Of a stretch of 64,000 bases of DNA, positions 26,399-40,519 are shown one piece after another (positions within the stretch are counted from its first letter, which is position 1; each line of letters starts with the position of its first letter). The notes beneath the pieces were generated by a model. That model had not been told where the DNA came from. It worked only from the letters and a program-made list of their open reading frames with translations, and searched no databases. Source of the DNA: Octopus vulgaris (lineage: Eukaryota). The stretch lies in NCBI GenBank assembly GCA_951406725.2, contig OX597814.1, forward strand, positions 48,112,001-48,176,000. The letters run 5' to 3'. Position numbers and translations under genes: made by a program.

Positions 26399-29333
26399 TT
26401 ATAAACAACAACACTTTCAGATACAGAGAAAACAAGCACATGATATTACTCAAAATAATCAAATCATCAACAAACATGTTCACCTATACTTTGTGTTTCT
26501 TTGCTTGCTACTCTTTTCCTGCTATGCAGGAATTACCATTTTAACTATTAACAATTAATTTTCACTTTCATCCTTTTGTAATCTGTAAAAAAAAGTACCA
26601 GTTGAGCATTGGAGTGGATTGGCAGTCTCATTAGAGCAGCAGACAAAATACCTTGCAGTTTTTCTTCCAGTTCTTTATGTTCTGGTTTCAAATTGCATTG
26701 AGTTGAACTTTGAACTTTTATCTCTTCAAGTACTTGGATCAGTGGTACACTCTGCCTCAAAATTGTAGGCCTCGTTCCAAATTTAGAAACAGTTTTGCCT
26801 TTCATCCTTTCATTGTGGATAAAATAAAGTATCAGTCAAGTACTATTGTCAGTTTAATTGACCAAGCCCCCTCCTACTAAGATTGTTGGCTTGTGCCAAA
26901 AATTATTATTATTGTTATTAATATTGTGTTTGGAGGTGAATAAACATGGCAACATCAACATATAGCTCCATTAAGCATTTGGATTTTACTGTATTTGCAC
27001 TTAAGTGAATTCTATTTTGTGCCTGTCACATGTACTTTGGGATGAAGAATAAAGGATTTATCCTTGAACAAGATTTTATGTATGTATGTGTGTGTGTGTG
27101 TGTGTGCACATGCGCACACATATGTGTGCATGTGTGTATGAATGATCAAGCCCTCAAATATATCAAAGCTGATTGGGTTAGAGAGTTTTGTCAATACACC
27201 GCAAACCTCAAACTTAAGTGATGAGATACATATGAAACCCATACATTAGAATCATAATTCAAGAAATTCTTGTACTAGATACAATCAAAGGCTTTGTTTT
27301 TGCAAAGGCAATGACATTACTTTTAACCTTCAAGAGAATGGGACTTCTGATGAGTTATAGAGAGAAGGATACAAGTACATTTTGCTTTATGGATGTCATA
27401 CTGGCGATAATGAGAAAGGAAAGGGACTCCACGTGTTAGGGATGTTTATTGCAGTAGAATCTCTTCAGAAAAGTGATTGAAACAGAGCAATAGTCCAGTA
27501 ATTATTTAGGCTAGAGAAGTCTTTCTTGAGAATAAGTCACTGGACCATATTTAGAAAGATTGAAATATATCTCTATGGAGAAAGAAAGATTGAAGTTTGG
27601 CTAGGAAAACAGATACCTCTAGAATACAGTCAGTGACTGTAGGTTTGTTAGTTTGAAGAGAGTAGAGTGTGGTGATGAGCAGTCTTTCTCTGTAAAATTA
27701 CAGCATTTAGAACCATGTTGGTTGTGAACAGTGCATAAGAAGATTCTGTAAAATTTGTATAGAGATCCTCTTGACAAAAGACCAAAAGTACTGGTGCTTA
27801 CTGAGTATTACAAGAATTTATAACTTGTAGTGAACAAGTGAGTTGATGTAGAGTTTTTCTATAATTTGTAGCTTGTATATTTTATTCATCTTACCATTTG
27901 AGGGTTGAGGGAGAAATGTGAAGACATACTTAAAATGATGGTATCTGTCACCTACTTAGCTAGGTCAAGGGCAAAGAATATTTGCAATTACAGGTGTCAT
28001 AAAAACTTACAAAGCTTTGATGAACTAGCTGACTTTAGATGCCATAGATTTTAAGAGGCAAGTGTATTGCATGTAGCTTTATGGCATTGAAGAACCAAAG
28101 AATTTGACCCAAAAGAAAGGAAATGAGCCAAAAGCAAAGGTATGGTAAAACTAATGAAGGGGAATGCCTCTCTCTAATTCCAGGAGGACATGGGTTTCTT
28201 TGTTATGCAAAGTACTGAGTAGCTAATAGAAATGATGAAGAGGACATTGAGAAAACTGAGTGTAAAGAAATAGGAAAAGAATTCAAAAAACAGATAACAG
28301 ACTGTGGGTGTCTTTTTTTTATCAATAGTCTATTATTGTATGAGACTGGAATATTCAGTGGATATGAGGTACTTTATACCTCATCTCGCAAAGAGGATTA
28401 TCATAAGCAATTTTGGTTAAACCATGTTCCAATATGGGGAGTGAAAAGTAGTTGTAGTTATGGGGTCCTTTGATTTAGCCTAGATAGTGGATACTTGTCG
28501 TAGGTGCAGGTAAGTTGCTCTTGTTTTGTTTACACACACACCCACATGCACACACACACAAACATGTGTACATATAAATATGTGAGTGTGTTGTAGATAA
28601 CAAGATATCAAATAACTTAATAGATGCATGCAATGAGTACCAAGGTTGAATTAATGCCTAAACACCAGTGTTAAGTACTGGATTGTGAAAATGAAAATTG
28701 GCTATAGGCAATATATCAGTTGGCTGCTTTAGGTATAATGGAACAAAAGCATAAACAGGTAGTTAATAGGTATGAAATTGATTTATGATATGTATATGTA
28801 TACTTATATATACCTATATAACATATTGAAGAAACATGAATGAACATAAATAATTAAAATATATATGTAGCAGAAACTCAGGGAATATAGATTGTGAAAC
28901 GTTCATAATAGTTCAAATGTAGACAGGTATATTTCAGGATAAGAAAGAAATGGAGTCCATCGTGATGATGAAACTTACTTCGGTTAAGAGATCAATGGTG
29001 ACACTGGTAAAAAAACTTTGGAATTGATGGTAAAGGTTTGCAAGTAGTACTATACAGCTACTATGGTAGCATGATTGATGCAGATCTTTGCATATTGTCT
29101 GCAGCACCAAAGGTTAGTTGCAACCTATACCATCATAAGAAGAACAATGGGAGTTATAATAGCCATTAATATATATATACATGGTCAGCTCCTCTCAAAC
29201 TGTCCAACCCATGCCAACATTGAAAACAAATGATGATGATGGTACATATGGTGGTGTATGGGAACATGCAAAACACATCGAGTATGCATGGATATAATGT
29301 TTACAACACTCGCACTGCTTTTAATTCATAACA

Positions 29334-29372
<39 letters not shown>

Positions 29373-29799
29373 GTAATGCCTGAATATACAACTTAATTTG
29401 TCCCTGGAGGTCACTCGCAAAGTGAAGACTCATAAAGCAGAGTAGTAATTTCCTATAGTAGCAATGAAATTTTATGCCATCATTTTACTCTGTTGCTGTG
29501 TAGACTCATCAGAACTTGTGTTGCCACATGTTGGAACATTGCCACTCATACAAAATGGCTGTTTAACCTTTCATATTTATAATAAAATAAAACTCATAAA
29601 TCCAGAGTAAAGTGAGGTATTATGGTATAAATATATATATATACTTGCATTTCTGTCCAATAAGTTATATGAATATAAATGTTATGAATTGATTTCATTC
29701 CTGTTGATAATATGCATTATATATATATAATAATAATTAATATATTATATATATAATAATTAATATATATATATATATATATAAATATATAATAATCAT

Positions 29800-30700
29800 C
29801 ATCATCATCATTATATAATGTCCGCTTTCCATGCTAGCATGGGTTGGACAATTTGACTGAGGTCTGGCAAACCAGATGCCTGCACCAGGCTCCAGTCTGA
29901 TCTGGCAGAGTTTCTACAGCTGGATGCCCTTCCTAATTCCAACCACTCCGAGGATGTAGTGGGTGCTTTTATGTTCCACTGGCATGAGGGCCAGTCAGGC
30001 GGTACTGGCAACAGCCATGCTCAAATGGTGCTTTTTATGTGCCACCTGCACAGGAGCCAGTCCAGTGGCACTGGCAATGACCTTGCTTGAATATTTTTTC
30101 ATGTGCCACCAGCACAAGTGCCAGTAAGGCAGTAAGTGCAGGTAACAATCACGCTCGAATGGTGCTCTTCATGTGCCACCGGCACAGAAGCCAGCCTCTT
30201 GCTCTGGCAACGATCAAGCTCGGATGGTACTCTTAGCGCTCCACTAGCATGCCAGTCATCGAATTTGATTTCGATTGCACTTGCCTCAACAGGTCTTCGC
30301 AAGCAGAGTTTAGCGTCCAATGAAGGAAGGGGCCAATGAATAAGTGGGCTGGTTACACCCCTGGCATAGGCCACGAGGTTATGGTCTCACTTGGCTTGCC
30401 GAATCTTCTAAAGCACAGCATATTTCCAAACGTCCCGGTCACTAGTCATTGCCTTGGTGAGGCCCAATGTTCGAAGGTCATGCATCACCACCTCATCCCA
30501 GGTCTTCTTGGGTCTACCTCTTCCACAGGTTCCCTCAACCGCTAGGGTGTGGCACACAGCTATCCACATCCATTCTCGCCACATGGCCATACCAGTGCAG
30601 TCATCTCTCTTGCACACCACATCTGATCCTTCTTAGGTCCAACTTTTCTCTCAAGGTACTTACTCTCTGTCGAGTATGCACACTGACATTACACATCATA
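29800..30700 (-). mobile_element. RTE-clade LINE 3' end with (CAT/ATG)n tail
   Basis: GRGRPKKTWDEVV..DL..LGL C-terminal motif (ORF 30408..30620) followed by the family 3'UTR ctggatgcccttcctaa; related copies at ~33655-34100, 44835-45055, 59680-59985, 62013-62140 and (+) 34880-35650. Confidence 0.8.
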
Positions 30701-30734
30701 TAAATTATATATAATATCTATCTATATATATATT

Positions 30735-30757
30735 ATGTATATATATATGTATACATA

Positions 30758-30856
<99 letters not shown>

Positions 30857-30889
30857 ATATATTATATATATATATATATATTTATATAT

Positions 30890-30938
<49 letters not shown>

Positions 30939-30953
30939 TATGTATATATATAT

Positions 30954-31010
<57 letters not shown>

Positions 31011-31100
31011 TATATATGTATACATATTATGTATGTATTTTATACATATTATGTATATATATTATATATATGTATACATATTATATATATATATATATAT
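30735..31100. repeat. (TA)n-rich microsatellite
   Basis: Direct reading. Confidence 0.9.
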
Positions 31101-31363
31101 TGATAGAAATGGCAAGACAACAAAAGAATGAAAGAGACCTCAATATTATGTAAATAGAGGAATTTATCTGTAAATATAATAAGTGGGAATTATTCGGTAA
31201 CCATGATGAAACTCTGAGTTTCGGATGTCGGGCCAGAAACCCATGCCGGCATCTCTTCAGTTATAGGGCCATCAAAAAAAAATGCTATGAAAATGACTGT
31301 TAAAACAAAGGGAAATTACTTTGTTTTTTCTAGGTGTTGCAATTCTGGCCAAAACTTATCTAA

Positions 31364-31415
<52 letters not shown>

Positions 31416-31669
31416 TGAGGGCACATAACCTAGTGGTTAGGGTGTGCAAGATCATGCTTTCACTACATGGACCAGGTAGTGCATTGTATTCTACGTATTC
31501 TAGAGCAAAACACTTAATCTAACATTGCTCTTTGATCATTCCAACATCTAATGCATGGTACACTGTGCAGCTGTTTAGACTATGATTTGATGAAAGGAGT
31601 GGGCTAATGTGCAGCATATACATTTGATAAACAAATCATTTGTGCAAGTTGTTTAGTAAAAACTGAACA

Positions 31670-31711
<42 letters not shown>

Positions 31712-32082
31712 GTTTTATAAATACTATTTTGTAACTATAAGTTAATACTATTTATTTAATTTGATGTTGTTTGTAGTAATAAGCAGGTGTTGGAGTAATG
31801 GACATACTTTGTTAAAGTTTCACTCCTGCTGATTTCTTTTGATTCCTGGGCAGTGTTTTTATGTTTTCAATGCTATTGACACTGTCAGACTGAAAGGGGT
31901 TGAAACCGATGATGGGAATGTATATTTGATATGCATGTTTGTGATTTTTTTGTCTTGGAAGTTTCGTTATTCTGAGTTGTCCTTCATTATTGTAAAGTTC
32001 AAAGTGTTTGTGGGTTCATGGTTTACAGTGATTACTTATATTGATATTGGTTGATTCAGTTCATAGACAATCTTATTAGGCT

Positions 32083-32120
<38 letters not shown>

Positions 32121-32727
32121 GAGAAATAACCTCTATTAAGTAATTCAATAGTGATAGACTTTATCTATATCATATAGAAAAATTTAAATATACTATAATA
32201 AGTATTATTCAAAAAATCACTAAATTAAATAAACATTAAATTGACTATGCACGTTTCGTGACTATATCTTTAAATCGATAATAATAAAATCAATACTATT
32301 AAAATTAACCCGATTTAAAAATATAGCCACTCTTCATTAATATTGTTATATTTTCTTTGGTTATTTATAGTTAAGAAACGTTTATTTCTGTATATATTTA
32401 TATATGTTAAGATACATACATTTAATTTATTATTATTTTAGACCTGAAGAGTGGCTATATTTTTAAATCAAATTAATTTTAAATTGAACTGAAATACAGT
32501 ATATATGTGTGTGTGTTTATATATACTGTATATGTATATATATATATATACTGTATGTAACCATTACACACATTTTTTTTCTCTCCTTGTTTTTTACTGT
32601 GTCCCTTTCTGTAAAAGAGCGTAGGCTCGAAACGTAAAAGACTTTTTCAATTCCTGAGCGTTATACTAATACATCTGTTTGTTTTCTACACCAACTGTCT
32701 TCATCTTTTATTTTTTTCGTGTACTAT

Positions 32728-32758
<31 letters not shown>

Positions 32759-33268
32759 CCATATATCCTCAAGTATAATCCGCATTTTTTCCCAAAATTT
32801 AAAAGTCAAAATTCCTAATGTGTACTATATACGAGGTAAAAATGAAAATTATTTTGTCATCAATGTCCGAGTCTCAATTTGCTGTCCAGCAATGTTTATT
32901 CAGATGCATTTTGTGATGTCGGGCCCGAAAATACCTTAAGTTAAGCCTGAAAGCCACGAGGTCATAAAAGAATCATCCATAACTTGCAATAAGCAACATT
33001 TATTAAACGTTATTCCTGTTATTTCTTTATTTTCTGCAAACAAAATGCCCAAAAAAGCTACATGTTTGCATCATGTTATGTATACAATAATAATAAAGGA
33101 TGTTACCGTATACATTTTTACAAACCAAGCAAGTTGTATAGACCTCCTTGACTCAAGTTAGAGAAGGGGTGCGTATTATACACAAGGTTTAGGTTTTTCA
33201 GAGGTACAGCCCCCTAAAAATCCCCTGCGTATTATACTCAAGGGCCGACTATACTTGAGGATTTACGG
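32759..33268. mobile_element. pogo/Tc2-like MITE inserted in a TA microsatellite
   Basis: TIRs ccatatatcctcaagtataatc / gactatacttgaggatttacgg flanked by TA. Confidence 0.75.
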
Positions 33269-33366
33269 TATATATATATAAATATATATATATACTGTAT
33301 ATATATGTATGTATATATATATGTATATATAGGGAGTATTGTATTTCGCTTGAAGCATTGTGCATT

Positions 33367-33636
33367 GTTTGTATGGTACAACAATGCACTATAATACAAA
33401 AAAATGAACTATATACCTGTTGTAATGTAGTTATCTGATGATATTTTGGAATAAAATTCCTTCTTCAGATATTCTTAGACGGAGTTACTGCCATATATAA
33501 TAATAATTATATATATATAATAAGAATATCTGAAGATGGAATTTTATTCTGAAATATCATTGGACTATGAATAACTAAATTACAACAGGTATATCGTCCA
33601 TTTTTTGTTTTATAGTGCATTGTTGTACCATTCAAA
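33367..33636. repeat. Imperfect inverted repeat, arms ~110 bp
   Basis: tggtacaacaatgcactataa...cttcagatattctta is mirrored by taagaatatctgaag...ttatagtgcattgttgtacca. Confidence 0.85.
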
Positions 33637-34137
33637 ACTTTTTATATATATATATCATCATCATCATCATCATCGTTTAACGTCCGCTTTCCATGCTGAT
33701 GGTTTGACTGAGGACTGGCAAGCCAGATTGATGCACCAGACTCTAATCTGATCTGGCAGAGTTTCTACAGCTGGATGCCCTTCCTAATACCGACCACTCC
33801 GAGAGTGTAGTGGGTGCTTTTACGTGCCTCTGGCATGATGGCCAGATAGGCGGTACTGGCAACGACCATGCTTAAATCGTGTTTTTACATGTATCCACAC
33901 AGGAGCCAGTCCAGTGGCACTGGCAACGACCTCATTCCAATGTTGTCTTTCATGTGCCACTGGCACAAGTAGTATGGTGACGCTGGTAATGATCACACAT
34001 GAATGGTGCTTTTTACGTGCCCCCAGCACAGAAGCCAGTCAGCAGCCCTGGCAACGATCATGTTCGGATGGTGCTTTTAGCGCTCCACTAGGACGGATGC
34101 TAGTCAAGAATCATGTATAAATATATATATATATATA

Positions 34138-34619
34138 TCTTTCTCTATATAAACGGCAGTTTGTCTGTCAGGTTGTACCCTCACCCTGACCATGGCTTTC
34201 AAACGATTCTGATGAAACTTGACACACACATAGTTTTGAATTCATAATTCAAAACTAAAGCAGCAAAAATTTTGAAAAGTTCCCCCAGTTCTGAAAAAAA
34301 TCGATAAATTCGACATGGGGTCGAGAATCTAAACTCTTTATGTGCAACACATTTTCTATTGTAATTTTCGCAACTTGCAATCGATTTTCACCAAACTCAT
34401 GGTGAAGCTTAATGTTACCCTAAAAAACTTAATTCTGATGTTAGTTTTCCATGCAATACCTTACCATCAGAAAAAATACACAGAAGTATTCGAGTGAAGA
34501 GAAGACATTGCAACCTACACATGTGCCTTCGTTCCCTAGAGCGAAAGGACTAGATTGGGATTAGTCGTTGCCTACTAGGGGCTCTTACATACCCGGACAA
34601 CGCCGGGCTATGCTGCTAG
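34138..34619 (+). mobile_element. Non-autonomous Helitron
   Basis: 5' TC, 3' GC-rich hairpin cccggacaacgccggg followed by CTAG, inserted between A and T of an (AT)n tract. Confidence 0.75.
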
Positions 34620-34633
34620 TATATATATATATG

Positions 34634-34665
<32 letters not shown>

Positions 34666-35820
34666 TGTATATATATAGGGGGAGAATTTACAAAAAAACA
34701 AAGGATGAAGACAGGTGGTGTAGACAACAAACAGATGTATTAGTATAATGCTTGGGAAGTGAAAAAGTCTTTAACGTTTCAAGCCTGCGCTCTTCCACAG
34801 AAAGGAACACAGAAAGAAACAAGGAGAAAAAATAAAGAATGTGTAGTGGCTAGCGATCTATCATGTTTATTATATGTCAAGGCAGATTGTAGTATGATGC
34901 CTGTGTACATACACCTATGTTGCATGGCATTGAAACATGAGCTCCAACAACAGAAAACTTGCAAAGGCCTGAAAGAAATGAAGCTAGTATGTTCCACCGA
35001 ATGGGCAATGTCAGTGTACATGCATGACAGAGTGCAAATGATTTAAGACAAAAACTGGCATCAGATGTGTGTAAGAGAGAAGATTGTGCTGGTTTGGTGA
35101 TGTGATGCATATGGATGAGGAAAGCTACTTAAAGAAGTGCTGATCTGTAATTGTGGAGGGTACCTGTGGAAGGAATAGACCCAGGAAGATGTAGGATGAA
35201 GTAGTGAAAAATGATCTTCAGATGCTGGGCCTCACTGAGGAAATGACATAGGACTGGGAGTTGTGGTGATTTGCTGTACTCAAGAAGATGCATCAAGCTA
35301 AGTAAATTTGTAGTCATTCATGCATACAGGCATGTCCTTTGCAAGTGCCAGTGCCACATAAAATGCACTCATGCATTTTTACAGGGCCAATACCAGTGCC
35401 ATGTAAAATGCATGAGTGCTGGTGCTGCATAAATGCATTCATGCTGATGCCATGTAGATGCACCTGTGCCCGTAGCATGTAAAAAGTACCCAACGCATTC
35501 TGTAAAGTGGTCGGCATTAGGAAGGGCATCCAACCGTAGAAACCATACTAAAACAGTTAACTGGGGTCTGGATTGCTCACTGGCTAGCCTATTCCTATCA
35601 AACCATGCCAACATGGTACATGGACAGTAAACAATGAAGATGATGATGATATATATGCATATACTTATTTTATTTGTATCATTTAAAAAATTTAGAGTCT
35701 TAATATATTTGTTGCACATCTTTTATCTCACTCTACTGTTAAATATCTTTAACTATATAAAGGCAATTATGTGAATAAAATTAAATATAAACAACTTGGC
35801 TTAGATATACAAAATATATA

Positions 35821-36180
35821 TGTGCAGGTGTGGCTGTGTGGTAAGGAGCTTGCTTCCCAACCACATGGTTCTGGGTTCAGTCCCACTGTGTCGCACCTTG
35901 GGCAAGTGTCTTCTACTATAGCCCCAGGCTGGCCAAAGCCTTGTGAGTGGATTTGGTAGACAGAAACTGAAAGAAGCCCATTGTATATATATAAATATAT
36001 ATATATGTTTGTTTGTTCCCCCTCTGCCACTTGACAACTGACTTTGGTGTGTTTACAACCTTGTAACTTAGTGGCTCAGCATAGGAGACTGATAGAATAA
36101 GTACTAGGCTTACAAAGAATAAGTCCTGGGGTCGATTTGTTTGACTAAAGGCAGTATTCCAGCATGGGCAGTCAAATGAA
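35821..36180 (+). mobile_element. tRNA-derived SINE (family 2)
   Basis: gtgcaggtgtggctgtgtggtaag...ggttcagtcccactg...ccttgggcaagtg; homologous copies at ~55-210, 45440-45590 and 51550-51950. Confidence 0.75.
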
Positions 36181-36202
36181 AGAATATCTATACATGCAAT
36201 AA

Positions 36203-36750
36203 GAAAGCAAAGACTGAAGACTTTCAGGCGATGAATATTTAAGTTTAAATATATAGATATTTATATTAATAAATCAAACTTATATAGAGTACAAACGACA
36301 GAAAATTACAGAAAATGAGGTAAGGTGTTTTAATCCAGCAGCTGATTTTGAGGGCTCATAGTTCTATCATGTTGGTAGATGTAGTTCACCATAATATGCA
36401 GGCTATAATGGAAGCAAATAAACATTAGATAAATTGAGCCTCCATCATCAGGGTACAAAAAAATCTTACACTTCAGATCTTATATTCCACCTCTAAAATT
36501 CTCTGCATCATGATTTTTTCTACCTGGTGACAGAGGCTTGATTTACAGCCTGCATATTGGGTTGAACTACATCTACCAACATTATGATGGCTCTCTGAGC
36601 TCCCAGAAACAGCTGTTGAGTTATAACACTTTGCCTCTTCATCTTTAATTTTCTGTTGTTTGTACTCTGTGCGAGTTTGATCTATTAATATAAATATCTA
36701 TATATTTACACTTAAATATTCGTCTGAAAGTTACCAATTTTTGATTTCTT
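36203..36750. repeat. Imperfect inverted repeat, arms ~210 bp
   Basis: atatatagatatttatattaata and tgttggtagatgtagttca are mirrored by tgaactacatctaccaaca and tattaatataaatatctatatat. Confidence 0.85.
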
Positions 36751-36972
36751 TCTGTTTGCATGTATACATATTTCATATATCTAACCCAAGCTGTTATATT
36801 TAATTTGTTTATCTGCATAATTACTTCTATATCTGCTCACCTTGATTCCACTTATCACCACTCTTTACCCCTTGAAATTGGACATCAGAGTCTAATTTCG
36901 AATCATTTGAGTGCCATTAAGTATTTTCTTTATCGAGAATCTCTGGATTTCATCTGTTGACTATATATCAAA

Positions 36973-37019
<47 letters not shown>

Positions 37020-37025
37020 TATATT

Positions 37026-37105
<80 letters not shown>

Positions 37106-37106
<1 letters not shown>

Positions 37107-37770
37107 ATTGTGTAATTATATTTATATGTGTGTGTGTATTGTGTAATTATATTTATATGTGTGTGTGTATTGTGTAATTATATTTATATGTGTGTGTGTA
37201 TTGTGTAATTATATTTATATGTGTGTGTGTATTGTGTAATTATATTTATATGTGTGTGTGTATTGTGTAATTATATTTATATGTGTGTGTGTATTGTGTA
37301 ATTATATTTATATGTGTGTGTGTATTGTGTAATTATATTTATATGTGTGTGTGTATTGTGTAATTATATTTATATGTGTGTGTGTATTGTGTAATTATAT
37401 TTATATGTGTGTGTGTATTGTGTAATTATATTTGTATGTGTGTGTGTATTGTGTAATTATATTTGTATGTGTGTGTGTATTGTGTAATTATATTTGTATG
37501 TGTGTGTGTATTGTGTAATTATATTTGTATGTGTGTGTGTATTGTGTAATTATATTTATATGTGTGTGTGTATTGTGTAATTATATTTATATGTGTGTGT
37601 GTATTGTGTAATTATATTTGTATGTGTGTGTGTATTGTGTAATTATATTTGTATGTGTGTGTGTATTGTGTAATTATATTTGTATGTGTGTGTGTATTGT
37701 GTAATTATATTTGTATGTGTATTGTGTAATTATATTTGTATGTGTGTGTGTATTGTGTAATTATATTTGT
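37106..37770. repeat. 31-bp minisatellite (tattgtgtaattatattt[a/g]tatgtgtgtgtg), about 21 copies
   Basis: Period read directly (tattg at 37106, 37137, ...). Confidence 0.92.
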
Positions 37771-37779
37771 ATGTATGTA

Positions 37780-38006
<227 letters not shown>

Positions 38007-38494
38007 CTGCATTTACATCTATTTGTAACATGCATACATTAATAAATTCTGGTGGCAAAACTAAAAAAAATAATTGTTATTACATATTAAATTTGTTTTT
38101 GAAGCATTGAAATGTATTGTAGAACAAGTAGAAATTGCCAGGAATTTTTTCTGTTCTCAAAAGGATTTTGTCCTTTATATATACTGTTCAGTATTTATGT
38201 TTTGAAAAAAATTGTTATTAATAGAGCGTTGAATGGCAGAAAAGGTAGATTGAGGGATTAACTTTCTCCCAAATTTCAATCACATGAAAGTTAGCTTTGC
38301 TTCTCATTCAATAAAGTAACTGTCAAGTACTTGAAGGTTAATCTAATCAATTGTTCCCCTCACCTCAAATTTGTGGTCTTATGTTTGTGTTAAAAATCAT
38401 TATTGTTAAAGGTGCAAGGTAGAATTCATAAAGTATCAGAACAATGCATTTCAGTATTTTTTTTGCATCATTTTATGTTCTTATACTGGAATGA

Positions 38495-38712
38495 AGGCAG
38501 CGAGTTGGCAGAAACGTTTGCACTCCAGTCGAAATGCTTAGTATTTCGCCTGCCGTTACGTTCCGAGTTCAAATTCCACCGAGGTTGACTTTGCCTTTCA
38601 TCCTTTCAGGGTCGATTAAATAAGTACCAGTTAACCACTGGGGTCAATGTAATCAACTTAAACCCCTTGTCTGTCCCCTCTATGTTTAGCCCCTTGTGGG
38701 CAATTAAGAAAT
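38495..38712 (+). mobile_element. tRNA-derived SINE (family 1, abundant)
   Basis: ggcagaa...gttccgagttcaaattcc..gactttgcctttcatcctttc.ggg.tcgat.aaataagtacc; homologous copies at ~14845, 15078, 18312, 18640, 23120, 26135 and 51596. Confidence 0.75.
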
Positions 38713-40519
38713 ATATACTGGAATGGAGGCAAGAATAATTAGAAAGGTTGCTACGAAAATGGTAGAAAAAAAAAAAGAGAATTTTAAAATATGCTGACAT
38801 CAACTTTGTCTTTTCTGTGAATGGCAACTGAATTATTTACTCTGTAAAAGATCATTTTCCAATGCCAACTTTTCATTACAACTTCAGCGAGTATGGTAAA
38901 AGCAATGCTTTGCAGACTTCTGAAACAAGACTGAGATATGGCCAGAATTATCTCCCATACTTGCCAAAAACTTTAGTTATTGAATAATATAATTTTTCTT
39001 CCTTGGTTTTTATTTTGAGGTTCACAGTATTTAATTTCATAACAGGAAGAGACCTATGGTTAAAGGTATTTTTCTTGGCATATCTCTTATTTTTCGACAT
39101 AATTTATTTTAGACATCAAGTTGCAGTTTGACTGAGACTTGGCTGCTATTTAGAGCAGGTTGAAGCTGCCTATGGGTTTTTATTGGAATGTAGAATTACA
39201 CATGTATCTCATCTAATAATTAGGAGTGAAACTTAGTTTAGCATTAAAAAAATTGTATTATATGTAAGGAAGACTTGTTTGATAAACAATGAGAAGGATA
39301 AGCATGGATAAATGAATCAGGAGCAGTGTACAGTGAAGAATTTAGCATATTGATGGCTCTTTCATAAGGATTCTGTTCTCAGTTCTTTCTCCATTGCTTT
39401 TGAGGCAATCTCAAATTAAACTATAAATCCTTGTTTTCTGACAATATGTTCCTACTGTACAATAATCATGTCTGACTTATTTCTCTTGAAAGATGTTAAG
39501 GGCTTTTTCATAGAGCCAGAACATAGTTTGTAGAAGTTGTCTAGATTCCCTTATGGGTGAGGTGGGGGCTTTCTTGGCAGATTAAGCAAGTGTGAAGGGT
39601 TATACTTCAGCTTTGTGGGGAGTCAGCAATTGATCAAAGCTGAAGTATTTTTTAACTTAAAAGGGAAGGAGTGGTCCTCAGCATTAAGCTTTAGTTATGT
39701 ATGTAGGTTCAATAAGAAAGTCAGTAATTACAAGATCAAGCACTTATGACTTTGAGGGTTATAAATATATGTTGTCAATGACAAGAGTGTGAGGTACAAA
39801 ATTGTTTACTGGATTGCCATTAACCTTTTGTGAAAAGTTGAAGAATGATAAGTATTAGCCTCTATGTAGAAGTGAGCATTATTGCAAGTAATAGTAAAGA
39901 TGCTATCAAATATACAAGAGAAAGAGTAGCTGCTGTGTGTGTCTGGATAATCAAGCCTTTAGTTACATCAAAATTGATAGATTGGGTTAGAAAACTGTCA
40001 CTGTACATAGCAATATTGACAGCAAATTTCAAATCTAAGATGAAACCCATATGCAAGAAATTAAATCAAGAAATTCTTGTACCAGACAGTCAAAGGTTTT
40101 GCTTATGCCATGTGCAGTGACATTACTTAAAAGGTATGGGACAGAGGAAAGTAAATTGCATGTACATCTTGCTTTACAGAAACTATACAAATAGTTATCA
40201 AGAAAAGAAAGACTCGAAGCACTGGAGAAATTTATTTTTGAAGAACGCCTCCTGAAAATGAAAAGTAATGAATAAAATAGAGCAATAGTTCTGTAGTTGT
40301 TAAGGTTAGAGAAGTTGCCTTTCTTGAGATTGGGACATTTTACCAGGTATCTAAGACTGGAAGATATCTATATAAAATGAAATATCGAAGTTTGGCGAGA
40401 ACAAGAGATAGCTCTAGAGCACATTCAGGTCTTGGACATGTTAGTTTCAAGTGAGCGTTGGTGTTCTGTTACACAGCACACACACTTCAACAAAAAATTG
40501 TACTCCATCTGGTGAGAGA

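Noticed and set aside
28979-29125. Minus-strand exon-like segment ending gaa|gtaagt
   Set aside because: The phase-0 frame has no ATG and an upstream stop, the acceptor is weak, and no homology is recognisable.
37106-37770. 31-bp repeat array as a possible CRISPR
   Set aside because: Head-to-tail units with no unique spacers, a eukaryotic context and no cas genes.
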